Source: a virus (lineage: Duplodnaviria > Caudoviricetes). From it: a DNA stretch of 64,000 bases. This document shows positions 56,398 to 64,000 of this stretch, in pieces (positions within the stretch are counted from its first letter, which is position 1; each line of letters begins with the position of its first letter). The stretch covers positions 1 through 64,000 of the IMG/VR virus record IMGVR_UViG_3300037400_003220; one strand, 5' to 3'. Both the position numbers and the translations under genes were made by a program. The notes below the pieces were generated by a model. The model was not told where the DNA came from, searched no databases, and worked only from the letters and a program-made list of their open reading frames with translations.

Positions 56398-57759
56398 ATG
56401 TTGAAAATAGAACATGTAAAAGTATATGACTTGGAAGAGTCAATAGTTGCATCAGGATATGCAATGGGTATATCTTTAGATGATTTTAAAGGTAGAATTG
56501 AAAATTTGAAATATTGGTTATCATTTGATAATTTTTTGCCCGATTTTTTAGATTTTTTTGAAAAACAAAACACTAATATTGGTGAAAATACTCGGCACTC
56601 ATGTATTAAATGCGGTGTAATGAATGGTAATTCTAAATTTAGTGATGGTAATTATTATTGCCGTAGGCATAAAAAACAAATGAAAAATTTAGGGCACACG
56701 ATAGACGACGTTGTTTACACAATCAACGGCTTAACGACTGATATTGATGTTCTAGGTAGAGATAGTGAAGTTAGACGTGTTACTGTAAGCACAATTGATT
56801 TACCTCTTATATTCGGAAATAATTTATCAATAAGTAAATCACAAGGCTATTTGATTGTGAATAATAAAACATTTCAATCGATATTGAAAGAAACAATTAC
56901 GGATGATGATAATATGGTGTTGGATCATATAGACAAAAATGGTTCAAATAATACAAGAGAAAATTTACGCCTTTGTTTATTTAGGGAAAACATGAGAAAT
57001 CAAGGACGAATTAAAGTCAATGACAATATTACTGGCGTTAATTATAAATCAGATATTAAAAGATGGGTTGCTAATATTACATTAAACTATCGTAGTGTTT
57101 ATATTGGCAAATATCGCACTAAAGAAGAGGCTATAAAAGCAAGGTTACAAAAAGAATCAGAAATTTATGGTGAGTTCTCTCCAAATATTGAATTATTTGA
57201 TAAATACAACATACAAAAACCAGAAATATCACATTTACCAGTAGAAAACTATGATTTGATGCTAGCAATAAAAGATTTTAAAAGAATTCTGAAATTAAAT
57301 AAAGCATCGAAAACAAGTGATGTTAAATGCCATGATAATTGGTTAACTGGCGTAAGGGTATCATTTGACTTAATATATCCGCAATATATTAGTCCTGAAT
57401 TGCAAAGGTATCATTGGATTGATATTGTTACGAGTAGTTCAAAAATGCATAGATTAACTAAAATGTCATTAAAAAATTCATGCAATGAATATGTTACTAG
57501 TGAAATAATAGAGAAAGTACAAGGTTATATTGATGAATATAATGCTAATCCAACATATGAATCATTCATGAAAGTACTAAGTAACACACCACTAGGGTTA
57601 CAACTTTTTGAACATATTGACACGAATTACAAACAACTACAAACGATATACTTCCAAAGGAAACACCATAAATTACGCGAGGATTGGGGTGCATTTATCG
57701 AATTTATTGAAAAACTACCATACGCAAAAGAATTAATTATTGGAGAAATAACTGACTAA
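56398..57759 (+). CDS. ThyX-like flavin-dependent thymidylate synthase family protein with in-frame HNH-AP2 nuclease insertion
   Basis: HDNWLTGVRVSFDL...LQRYHW...SSSKMH...TNYKQL...QRKHHKLREDW; insert has DHIDKNGSNNTRENL and an AP2 domain. Confidence 0.65.
   Translation: MLKIEHVKVYDLEESIVASGYAMGISLDDFKGRIENLKYWLSFDNFLPDFLDFFEKQNTNIGENTRHSCIKCGVMNGNSKFSDGNYYCRRHKKQMKNLGHTIDDVVYTINGLTTDIDVLGRDSEVRRVTVSTIDLPLIFGNNLSISKSQGYLIVNNKTFQSILKETITDDDNMVLDHIDKNGSNNTRENLRLCLFRENMRNQGRIKVNDNITGVNYKSDIKRWVANITLNYRSVYIGKYRTKEEAIKARLQKESEIYGEFSPNIELFDKYNIQKPEISHLPVENYDLMLAIKDFKRILKLNKASKTSDVKCHDNWLTGVRVSFDLIYPQYISPELQRYHWIDIVTSSSKMHRLTKMSLKNSCNEYVTSEIIEKVQGYIDEYNANPTYESFMKVLSNTPLGLQLFEHIDTNYKQLQTIYFQRKHHKLREDWGAFIEFIEKLPYAKELIIGEITD
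56581..57222 (+). mobile_element. HNH + AP2 homing-endonuclease module fused in frame (boundaries approximate)
   Basis: CxxC...C..H zinc motif, HNH motif, TGVNY...WVANI...YIGKYRTKEEAIKAR...E.EIYGEFS. Confidence 0.7.
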
Positions 57760-57796
57760 ATGTCGGCTGTTTTTCTATTTATAAAAAAATGAACTT

Positions 57797-58687
57797 ATGA
57801 CAATTAACGAAGTATATAAAAAACGAGTGAACAAGATGATATGTGAGGAGTATGGTATTTCTGACAAACTTCACTATGACATTATACCAAGATTCGTAAA
57901 ACAATTAAAATCAAGTATAAAAAATACTGGTTTTGCAACAAGCACACATTTTAAAGAAGGCGAATTCGAGTTTAATTGTTGTGATGATAAGAATACCATA
58001 TTTAAAGTAAGGTGGCTTGCTTATTTTTTTAATAACATAGACGAGTATAACAACCATGTTAAAAAATACAGTACTGGTCTTAACTATGTTATGTATGACT
58101 TCAAAATGTTTAGACTTACATTATTTTATATAGACGGAAAACCCGTAAATAACGAAATGTATGACACTATTGGCCACGAATTTGAACATGTGTACCAGAA
58201 CATCCTAATGGGAAAACAATTTGGTAATAAAAAAATATATGCCATTGCCATTTCCAATGTATTTTCCAAAAATCGATATGACAGAAATCTTGCCCGTATA
58301 ATATATGCATCAACTAAATCAGAACAAGAAGGATTTATTAATGGTTTTTATAGTCAATTTGTTAATGGTGATTTAAACACATTAGATATAGACAAAGAAA
58401 TCGAAAATTCGGAATGTGGTGTGTGGCTTAAAAATTTATACGATGACTATATGTTCTTAAAAGAACACAACGATGAAAATATGCAGGAGGCAATTAAGAA
58501 ATATAAAAACATTAAAGACTACTACAACTACAAGTATTTCTTATATATGGCAAGAAATGGTATTAAAAATCTTGAGAGAAGAATTGCCAGGTTGACATAT
58601 AAAATTAAAAAAGATATATATATCCATTCAGAGCCAAAACTAAACGAGGATTTCAATCCGCTAAATAATTTTTTTCTAATACAATAA
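57797..58687 (+). CDS. HExxH zincin-like protein, paralog of 4544..5476
   Basis: IGHEFEHVYQ...EQEGFINGFY; own late motif at 57776-57782. Confidence 0.6.
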   Translation: MTINEVYKKRVNKMICEEYGISDKLHYDIIPRFVKQLKSSIKNTGFATSTHFKEGEFEFNCCDDKNTIFKVRWLAYFFNNIDEYNNHVKKYSTGLNYVMYDFKMFRLTLFYIDGKPVNNEMYDTIGHEFEHVYQNILMGKQFGNKKIYAIAISNVFSKNRYDRNLARIIYASTKSEQEGFINGFYSQFVNGDLNTLDIDKEIENSECGVWLKNLYDDYMFLKEHNDENMQEAIKKYKNIKDYYNYKYFLYMARNGIKNLERRIARLTYKIKKDIYIHSEPKLNEDFNPLNNFFLIQ

Positions 58688-58693
58688 AAGCAT

Positions 58694-59455
58694 ATGACGA
58701 TAGAAAAAACTAAATTATTTTTTAGAGACAATTGGAAAAACATACTACTTGTGGTGTTTTTCTTTATAATTATTATACTAGTTATGTCAACAACCTGTAC
58801 AAACCAGAAACTAGGTAAGGCAGAAACAAATATAAAGGCATTGACAGACACACTACACACATATGAATTAAAAAATGGTAAATTATTGTACGAGAAACAG
58901 GGATTTATTGCTGAGAAAAAAGAATTAGAAGAATACATCGGCGTAAAAGAGAAAGAGGTTAAGGAAATCGAAATAAGATTAAAATCAGCCTTAGCAACAA
59001 TTGCAAAACTACAAGGTTTGATTCATGTAGATACCATTCATACAGTAGATAGTGTAGAAGTATTACCAGATAGCACATATAATTGTCATTTTAACTATAA
59101 TGACAGATGGTTAGGGTTAGATGGTGTTACAAGTATACAACTTGACCCGTTCCAATCACATACAATTATAAATAATATTAATATGGAAGTTCCTCTCAAA
59201 GTTGGTACAACGAAAGACGATAAATGGTTTGTTACCTCAGAAAATCCGTATGTCCGATTTACGAGTGTAGAAGGAGCCAACTTAGAGAAAGTAAAAGCAA
59301 AACGTTGGTCTCTTGGTGTTCAGGCTGGTGTAGGCGCAATATTTGGCTACGGTATATCTGGATGTCATGCAGACGGAATTGTTAGAACTGGATGGATTGT
59401 AGGTGCTGGCGGATATGTAGGAATCGGATTAACATACAAATTAATTGAATTTTAA
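58694..59455 (+). CDS. putative spanin-like lysis protein
   Basis: N-terminal TM helix, coiled coil, C-terminal amphipathic beta strands ending YVGIGLTYKLIEF; next to a holin candidate. Confidence 0.5.
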   Translation: MTIEKTKLFFRDNWKNILLVVFFFIIIILVMSTTCTNQKLGKAETNIKALTDTLHTYELKNGKLLYEKQGFIAEKKELEEYIGVKEKEVKEIEIRLKSALATIAKLQGLIHVDTIHTVDSVEVLPDSTYNCHFNYNDRWLGLDGVTSIQLDPFQSHTIINNINMEVPLKVGTTKDDKWFVTSENPYVRFTSVEGANLEKVKAKRWSLGVQAGVGAIFGYGISGCHADGIVRTGWIVGAGGYVGIGLTYKLIEF

Positions 59456-59512
59456 TAAAAAAAAAATTGTATATTTATCGTAAAATAATAAAAATAAAAA
59501 AAATTAAATAAA

Positions 59513-59863
59513 ATGGATATTACAGGAATTTTTAGTGAAGCATTTTGGTACATTGCGCCAATTTTGGTTACAATTACAACCTTTTTGGCTGGTTTATTTA
59601 ACCAGGGTATCGTAGATAAGTTTGTACCAGAACAACATCATGGATGGTTAAAACAAATCGTAGCATGGACAATCGGTGCTGGTGTATCCGTGGGTGCTTG
59701 GGGGTTAAAAGTAATTACTTTTGGTGAGCCAGTCTGGATTGGCGTTATCGCGCTATGCGTAGTAGTTGGTCTTTCATCCAATGGTGTTTACGATGTTCAA
59801 TTTATTAGAAAGTGGATTGAAACTTGGTTTAAGCCAAAACAAAAAATCTCAAATCTAGACTAA
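59513..59863 (+). CDS. putative holin
   Basis: 116 aa with three hydrophobic helices and a basic C-terminus. Confidence 0.5.
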   Translation: MDITGIFSEAFWYIAPILVTITTFLAGLFNQGIVDKFVPEQHHGWLKQIVAWTIGAGVSVGAWGLKVITFGEPVWIGVIALCVVVGLSSNGVYDVQFIRKWIETWFKPKQKISNLD

Positions 59864-59897
59864 ATAATAACTATTTTTAAAAATAATAATTAACAAT

Positions 59898-60113
59898 ATG
59901 AAAAATTGGACTTGGAAACAATGGACGGCACTTGGCCTTATAGTTGCCGTTGTTATAGCAGCAGTTGTATGCCATCTCGTGCAACCTAATGTAACTTACG
60001 CTTGGCTTGAAATAGTATCTGCAGGTACTTTTGTGCTTGGAGGCGTAGCGGGCTTTTTGTTAGGAAAGAGTAATGTTATTAAGGAAAACGAAAAACAATT
60101 ATTAACGGACTAA
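59898..60113 (+). CDS. small two-TM membrane protein
   Basis: Two hydrophobic segments in 71 aa. Confidence 0.6.
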   Translation: MKNWTWKQWTALGLIVAVVIAAVVCHLVQPNVTYAWLEIVSAGTFVLGGVAGFLLGKSNVIKENEKQLLTD

Positions 60114-60793
60114 TGATTAAAATTTGTGCATTATCTGACTTACACGGAGCACTCCCCAAAATTGAGGAGTGCAACGTGGTTTTTATTTGTGGCGACATTT
60201 TCCCACTTGAGATACAAAGGATAAATACAGAGTGTGAAGCGTGGATGAATGGCGAGTTTGCTGATTGGATAGATTCGTTACCATGCGAAAAAGTAATTAT
60301 TATCCCAGGCAACCACGATTTCTTTTACGAAAGAATGGGCTTGACGAAGATATTGAATCTAATAAAAGATAACCCTAAATTAAAAGATAAATTAATATAC
60401 CTTGAGAATTCATCATATGAGTACGAAGGATTAAAAATATTCGGCTGCCCTTGGTGTGACGGACCATGGGGATGGGCTTTTGTAGATAGTACTGGGGAAA
60501 AATATAATCCTATACCAAATTGTGATATATTACTAACGCACCAGCCACCAAGGGTTGAGAAATTGGGATGTTCATATCCAGGCATGATTTACGAGGAGAA
60601 CTGGGGAAGTGAAAAACTAAAACAAAAGATAATCAGTAAAGAAATAAAATACAACTTCTGCGGGCACATACATACTGGCACACACGGAGGAGTTACAATT
60701 CCAGAATGTAAGACGAAATTTTACAATGTATCAATTAAGGACGAGGATTACAAAGTAACTTTTAAGCCCACATATATAGAAATCACTGCATAA
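60113..60793 (+). CDS. metallophosphoesterase
   Basis: SDLHG, CGDIF, PGNHD, THQPP, CGHIH. Confidence 0.85.
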   Translation: MIKICALSDLHGALPKIEECNVVFICGDIFPLEIQRINTECEAWMNGEFADWIDSLPCEKVIIIPGNHDFFYERMGLTKILNLIKDNPKLKDKLIYLENSSYEYEGLKIFGCPWCDGPWGWAFVDSTGEKYNPIPNCDILLTHQPPRVEKLGCSYPGMIYEENWGSEKLKQKIISKEIKYNFCGHIHTGTHGGVTIPECKTKFYNVSIKDEDYKVTFKPTYIEITA

Positions 60794-60808
60794 GCGGTGA
60801 TTTTTTTG
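60782..60808 (+). terminator. intrinsic terminator
   Basis: ATCACTGC-ATAA-GCGGTGAT plus T tract. Confidence 0.75.
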
Positions 60809-60897
60809 ATCAATTTTTTGTATATTTATGACGTATTATTAATTCTGCAGTTTGAAACTGTAGTTTTTATACAATTATTGCAATAAGGTTTTGATAT

Positions 60898-61350
60898 ATG
60901 GAACTGAATAAAGAATATAAACAGATTTTTTTGAACGAAGGTATTTCATACGATACACTAAAAGGTAAGGTAGCCGACAAAGTTGGCTTCACCAATTGGG
61001 GAGATTATGGGCAAAACATGTGTATTGTTACGTTTACAGACAAGACGTTTATCGCACTTGGTGTAACTTATAACAGCGATAGTAAGTGGGAGTCTAGACA
61101 GGATGAACCATTGTTGATAAACGAGCATATTATTCAACCACAGAATTGGAACAGTGGTAATTTTAAATGCCATATGACTGTTATAAATGGCGAAGTCAGA
61201 TACGACCCATATATTAGAATTTTGAGAGATTTTGGAATCTGGAAATTTACCGATGAAGAAGAACTTGCAATTATTGAAAAACAGAAAAAAGACAAGGAAG
61301 ATTATGAATATAAAGAATATCTTCGTCTAAGAGAAAAATTTGAAAAATGA
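60898..61350 (+). CDS. hypothetical protein
   Basis: 150-aa ORF with upstream TTTGTATATTTA motif. Confidence 0.65.
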   Translation: MELNKEYKQIFLNEGISYDTLKGKVADKVGFTNWGDYGQNMCIVTFTDKTFIALGVTYNSDSKWESRQDEPLLINEHIIQPQNWNSGNFKCHMTVINGEVRYDPYIRILRDFGIWKFTDEEELAIIEKQKKDKEDYEYKEYLRLREKFEK

Positions 61351-61877
61351 AAAAAACTGAAAAAATAGTTTTATTTGACCTTGATGATACCCTCATTAAG
61401 AGCAAAGCCAAAATTTATGTATTAAATGATCAAAACGAGGTAATTAAAAAATTAACTCCAGCACAGTATAACCATTACAAATGTAAGAATGGAGAGCATT
61501 TTGACTATAATGAATTTTGCAATGAAGAAATACTCAATAATTCAAAATTTATGAAGTTATGGGAAACACTGAAAGATTTTTATAATGCTGGAATTAACGT
61601 AGGCATCGTAACCGCAAGAGAAGATAAGGAAATGCTTATTCGTTTCTTCTTGAGAAACGGTATGGATATTAATCGATATTTAGTATTTGCAATTGGTGGT
61701 TCAGAGTGCAAATTCAAAGGCCGCATACGAGATAGGAAAAGGCAGGTTATTGAGCACCTGTCAGCAAGAGGATATAAAAATTTCCTATTCTATGATGATA
61801 ATAAAGACAACTTAGACGAGGTTGCTCAAATGCGAGACAGAATAGGTGTTAAAATAAAAACAGTCCAAGTAGTATGA
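61347..61877 (+). CDS. HAD-superfamily phosphatase
   Basis: FDLDDTL, VTAR, FYDDNKDN. Confidence 0.8.
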   Translation: MKKTEKIVLFDLDDTLIKSKAKIYVLNDQNEVIKKLTPAQYNHYKCKNGEHFDYNEFCNEEILNNSKFMKLWETLKDFYNAGINVGIVTAREDKEMLIRFFLRNGMDINRYLVFAIGGSECKFKGRIRDRKRQVIEHLSARGYKNFLFYDDNKDNLDEVAQMRDRIGVKIKTVQVV

Positions 61878-62149
61878 AAAAAAATAAAATAGAAGAAATA
61901 GTAGTCTTTGCCATTAATTCTGAGTTAAAAGAATATAAACGTGCACTTAACCAAGACAAAGAAGGTAAATGGAAGGAAGCCGAATTTAGGGCTGATTTAG
62001 GAATGGACTCGTTAAAAACGGTTGAAGCATTTATGATTTGCGAAAAAGAATGCGGAATAACGTTCACAGATGATGAGATCGTAAAAACAAAAACAGTTGG
62101 AGATTTAATAAATAAAATAGATGAAAAATTAGCAACACATAATGCTTAA
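61874..62149 (+). CDS. acpP: acyl carrier protein
   Basis: DLGMDSLKTVE phosphopantetheine site, ...EKECGITFTDDE...TVGDLI. Confidence 0.8.
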   Translation: MKKNKIEEIVVFAINSELKEYKRALNQDKEGKWKEAEFRADLGMDSLKTVEAFMICEKECGITFTDDEIVKTKTVGDLINKIDEKLATHNA

Positions 62150-63062
62150 AGTATTGTTTCTTATAATGGTATATGATAATCCAATTATCATGAAAGAGTA
62201 TGATATTTTGATGAAGCATTACCAAAAAATAAAAGAGAAGAACCATCTAGATAATTTTGAATTTTATGGTTATACATCTGGGCCAGAAGATGGATATGAC
62301 GAAGAAAAACGGCTATTTTATTTTAATATAGGAATTCCAGAATCATTTTACGCCACATACATTAAAACCCAAAAGATGTTTGAATATGCGGATAAAATGA
62401 TGGATTTTGATGTTGTGTATAGGGCCAACACTTCTACATTTTGTAACATCGTTTTACTAAATGAAGTTATTAAAAATGTTTGGATAGGCAATAATAACAT
62501 ATTAGGCGGCGAGTTGTACTGTAAAAACACACTATTAGGGGATAGGGTTGATATACACTACAAATATGTCAGAGGAAATTCGGTTATTATACCGAGAAAT
62601 CTATTAAAACAAATCTATAGTTTTGACAATAATAAGATTGAAGAAGCAAGAAAAAAAATAATACTAACTGCTGACGACGATATAATTGGATTTATATTTA
62701 AAGATAATAATATTATACGCAAGACTTATTTTCAAGAATGGTTAGACTGTGTAAACATACCAAAACATATATTTGGAAACACAAATAGAGATCCCAATTA
62801 TCTTTATAATTTTATTGCAATTCAGATTAAATCATACACTAATAGAGAAGACGAAATAAACACCCTAAATTACCTGTGCAAGATATTTTATAAATATAAA
62901 TTTAAAAAACAGTATTTAAGTAATGTACTACAATACTACAACGGTAGAAATGTAATATGGATACACCCAAATGTTGGGTATTTTGGAGAGGAAGATAATA
63001 ATGAATATATTCAACTTGGAGTAAACAAGGAAATAATAACACATTTTATAAAAAATAAATAG
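62142..63062 (+). CDS. GT-A-like glycosyltransferase (GT31-like)
   Basis: YIKTQKMF...FDVVYRANTSTF, GGEL...RGNS, ADDDIIG. Confidence 0.5.
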   Translation: MLKVLFLIMVYDNPIIMKEYDILMKHYQKIKEKNHLDNFEFYGYTSGPEDGYDEEKRLFYFNIGIPESFYATYIKTQKMFEYADKMMDFDVVYRANTSTFCNIVLLNEVIKNVWIGNNNILGGELYCKNTLLGDRVDIHYKYVRGNSVIIPRNLLKQIYSFDNNKIEEARKKIILTADDDIIGFIFKDNNIIRKTYFQEWLDCVNIPKHIFGNTNRDPNYLYNFIAIQIKSYTNREDEINTLNYLCKIFYKYKFKKQYLSNVLQYYNGRNVIWIHPNVGYFGEEDNNEYIQLGVNKEIITHFIKNK

Positions 63063-63066
63063 TAAT

Positions 63067-63402
63067 ATGAGTGAAGTAAAAACAATTGGTTCGAAGGAAA
63101 TTAAGACCGATGAACAAAAACAAGAGGAATTGAAGCAACAAAAGATTGCAGAAGCACAAGAGAAGGTCAAGAAAATTGCAGAGAATGAAGTAAAAAGGCG
63201 TTTCAGGACACCATTCTTGCAGGTTTACGATGAAGTGGTTAACAAAAATAAGACTATCGAAGGTTTGATTGAAGAGGTAAATCAAAAGAAAAGCCGAATG
63301 ACGAAATTTGGGCGAGATTACGTAACAGAATTTGAGCCAGATAGGATTAGACAATGGATTGAGGACGAGAAAAAAGGTGAATATTATTATAGAGTAAAAT
63401 AA
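63067..63402 (+). CDS. hypothetical protein
   Basis: 111-aa ORF in the operon. Confidence 0.6.
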   Translation: MSEVKTIGSKEIKTDEQKQEELKQQKIAEAQEKVKKIAENEVKRRFRTPFLQVYDEVVNKNKTIEGLIEEVNQKKSRMTKFGRDYVTEFEPDRIRQWIEDEKKGEYYYRVK

Positions 63403-63779
63403 TGAAAATACTAGATTTATCACTAACATATCACTGGTATGACATGATAGCCTCTGGTGAAAAGAAAGAGGAGTACCGTCAGATAAAGGAATTTTATTGG
63501 AAGCGACTCGTGGATTTAGATTCAATAGGCGGATGTTACAAAGGATGTGTTGATTATTATCAATGGTACAAACCGTGTTTCGAGTGCCATTATATCAAAT
63601 GGAAGCATTATGACGCCGTTCGTTTTCATAGAGGACAAGGAGGAAAAGTATCTATGTTAGTGGAATGTAATGGTATACACATTGGAACAGGCAAACAAGA
63701 GTGGGGCGCTGTACCAGGAGAAATGTATTTTGTAATTAGTTTAGGAAATATATTAGAAGAGAATGGAAGTAAAAATTAA
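63402..63779 (+). CDS. ASCH/PUA-like domain protein
   Basis: LSLTYHWYDMIASGEKKEEYR pattern. Confidence 0.7.
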   Translation: MKILDLSLTYHWYDMIASGEKKEEYRQIKEFYWKRLVDLDSIGGCYKGCVDYYQWYKPCFECHYIKWKHYDAVRFHRGQGGKVSMLVECNGIHIGTGKQEWGAVPGEMYFVISLGNILEENGSKN

Positions 63780-64000
63780 AAAATTAGTAGAAAATGCGGT
63801 AGTTCCGCAATATGCACACGACACTGATGCGGGCCTTGATTTAACCGCCGTGTCAAAAGAAGTTGACGAATATGGGAACATCGTATATCATACTGGGCTT
63901 GCAATAGAAATACCAGAAGGCTATGCTGGATTCCTATTTCCAAGAAGTTCGGTGAGTAAATATAATTTGTCACTTTGCAACTGTGTTGGGGTTATTGACA
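63763..64000 (+). CDS. dut: dUTPase (partial, runs off the window)
   Basis: Translated by hand: MEVKIKKLVENAVVPQYAHDTDAGLDL...YHTGLAIEIPEGYAGFLFPRSS...NCVGVID. Confidence 0.92.
   Translation, partial: MEVKIKKLVENAVVPQYAHDTDAGLDLTAVSKEVDEYGNIVYHTGLAIEIPEGYAGFLFPRSSVSKYNLSLCNCVGVID

Noticed and set aside
56398-57759. Group I intron or intein explaining the HNH insertion
   Set aside because: The ORF is continuous with no non-coding stretch for core intron structure and no Cys/Ser1...His-Asn ends; covariance search was not run.
1-64000. TAG-to-Gln recoding (code 15) as in Lak megaphages
   Set aside because: Core genes are full length in code 11, and TAG ends genes followed by a terminator (21311) or a new promoter (40391).
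1-64000. tRNA, rRNA or other structured ncRNA genes
   Set aside because: Intergenic gaps are short and are explained by promoters and terminators; no cloverleaf was recognised by eye (tRNAscan/Infernal not run).

Overview
This is a 64-kb, strongly AT-rich segment of a T4-like (myovirus-type) jumbo phage in standard genetic code. The host is probably Bacteroidales, inferred from TAnnTTTG promoters, a BspA-type LRR domain and Bacteroidetes-phage-style lysis genes. Positions 1-46 kb are a late head/baseplate region, mostly on the minus strand. It holds a central spike, an intein-containing portal, a neck protein, the large terminase, the major capsid protein, a scaffold, the prohead protease and core proteins. 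Interleaved are three DUF723-repeat homing nucleases, four GT-A-type glycosyltransferase genes and many accessory enzymes. Positions 46-64 kb are a plus-strand middle/accessory block: UvrD with an intein, ClpX, ClpC-like, two phosphoesterases, a ThyX-like gene with an in-frame HNH-AP2 nuclease, spanin/holin candidates, HAD, acyl carrier protein, a glycosyltransferase, ASCH and a partial dUTPase. The strongest candidate for an undescribed system is a short tag, K-x-[VIL]-[LIF]-T-E-x-Q-L-x-x-[LI]-I-x-E-S, on about 15 unrelated proteins. It sits at N-termini or between modules of polyproteins. Tagged proteins include ADP-ribosyltransferase-like domains, a nucleotidyltransferase, a pyrophosphatase-like domain, a lysozyme, a GNAT, HExxH peptidases and an AEP. 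I infer this is a capsid-packaging and prohead-protease-cleavage signal for an injected effector set. Also notable are a probable programmed -1 frameshift in a core protein gene and glycosyltransferases sharing a basic C-terminal motif. All family assignments come from motif recognition by eye; no searches were run.
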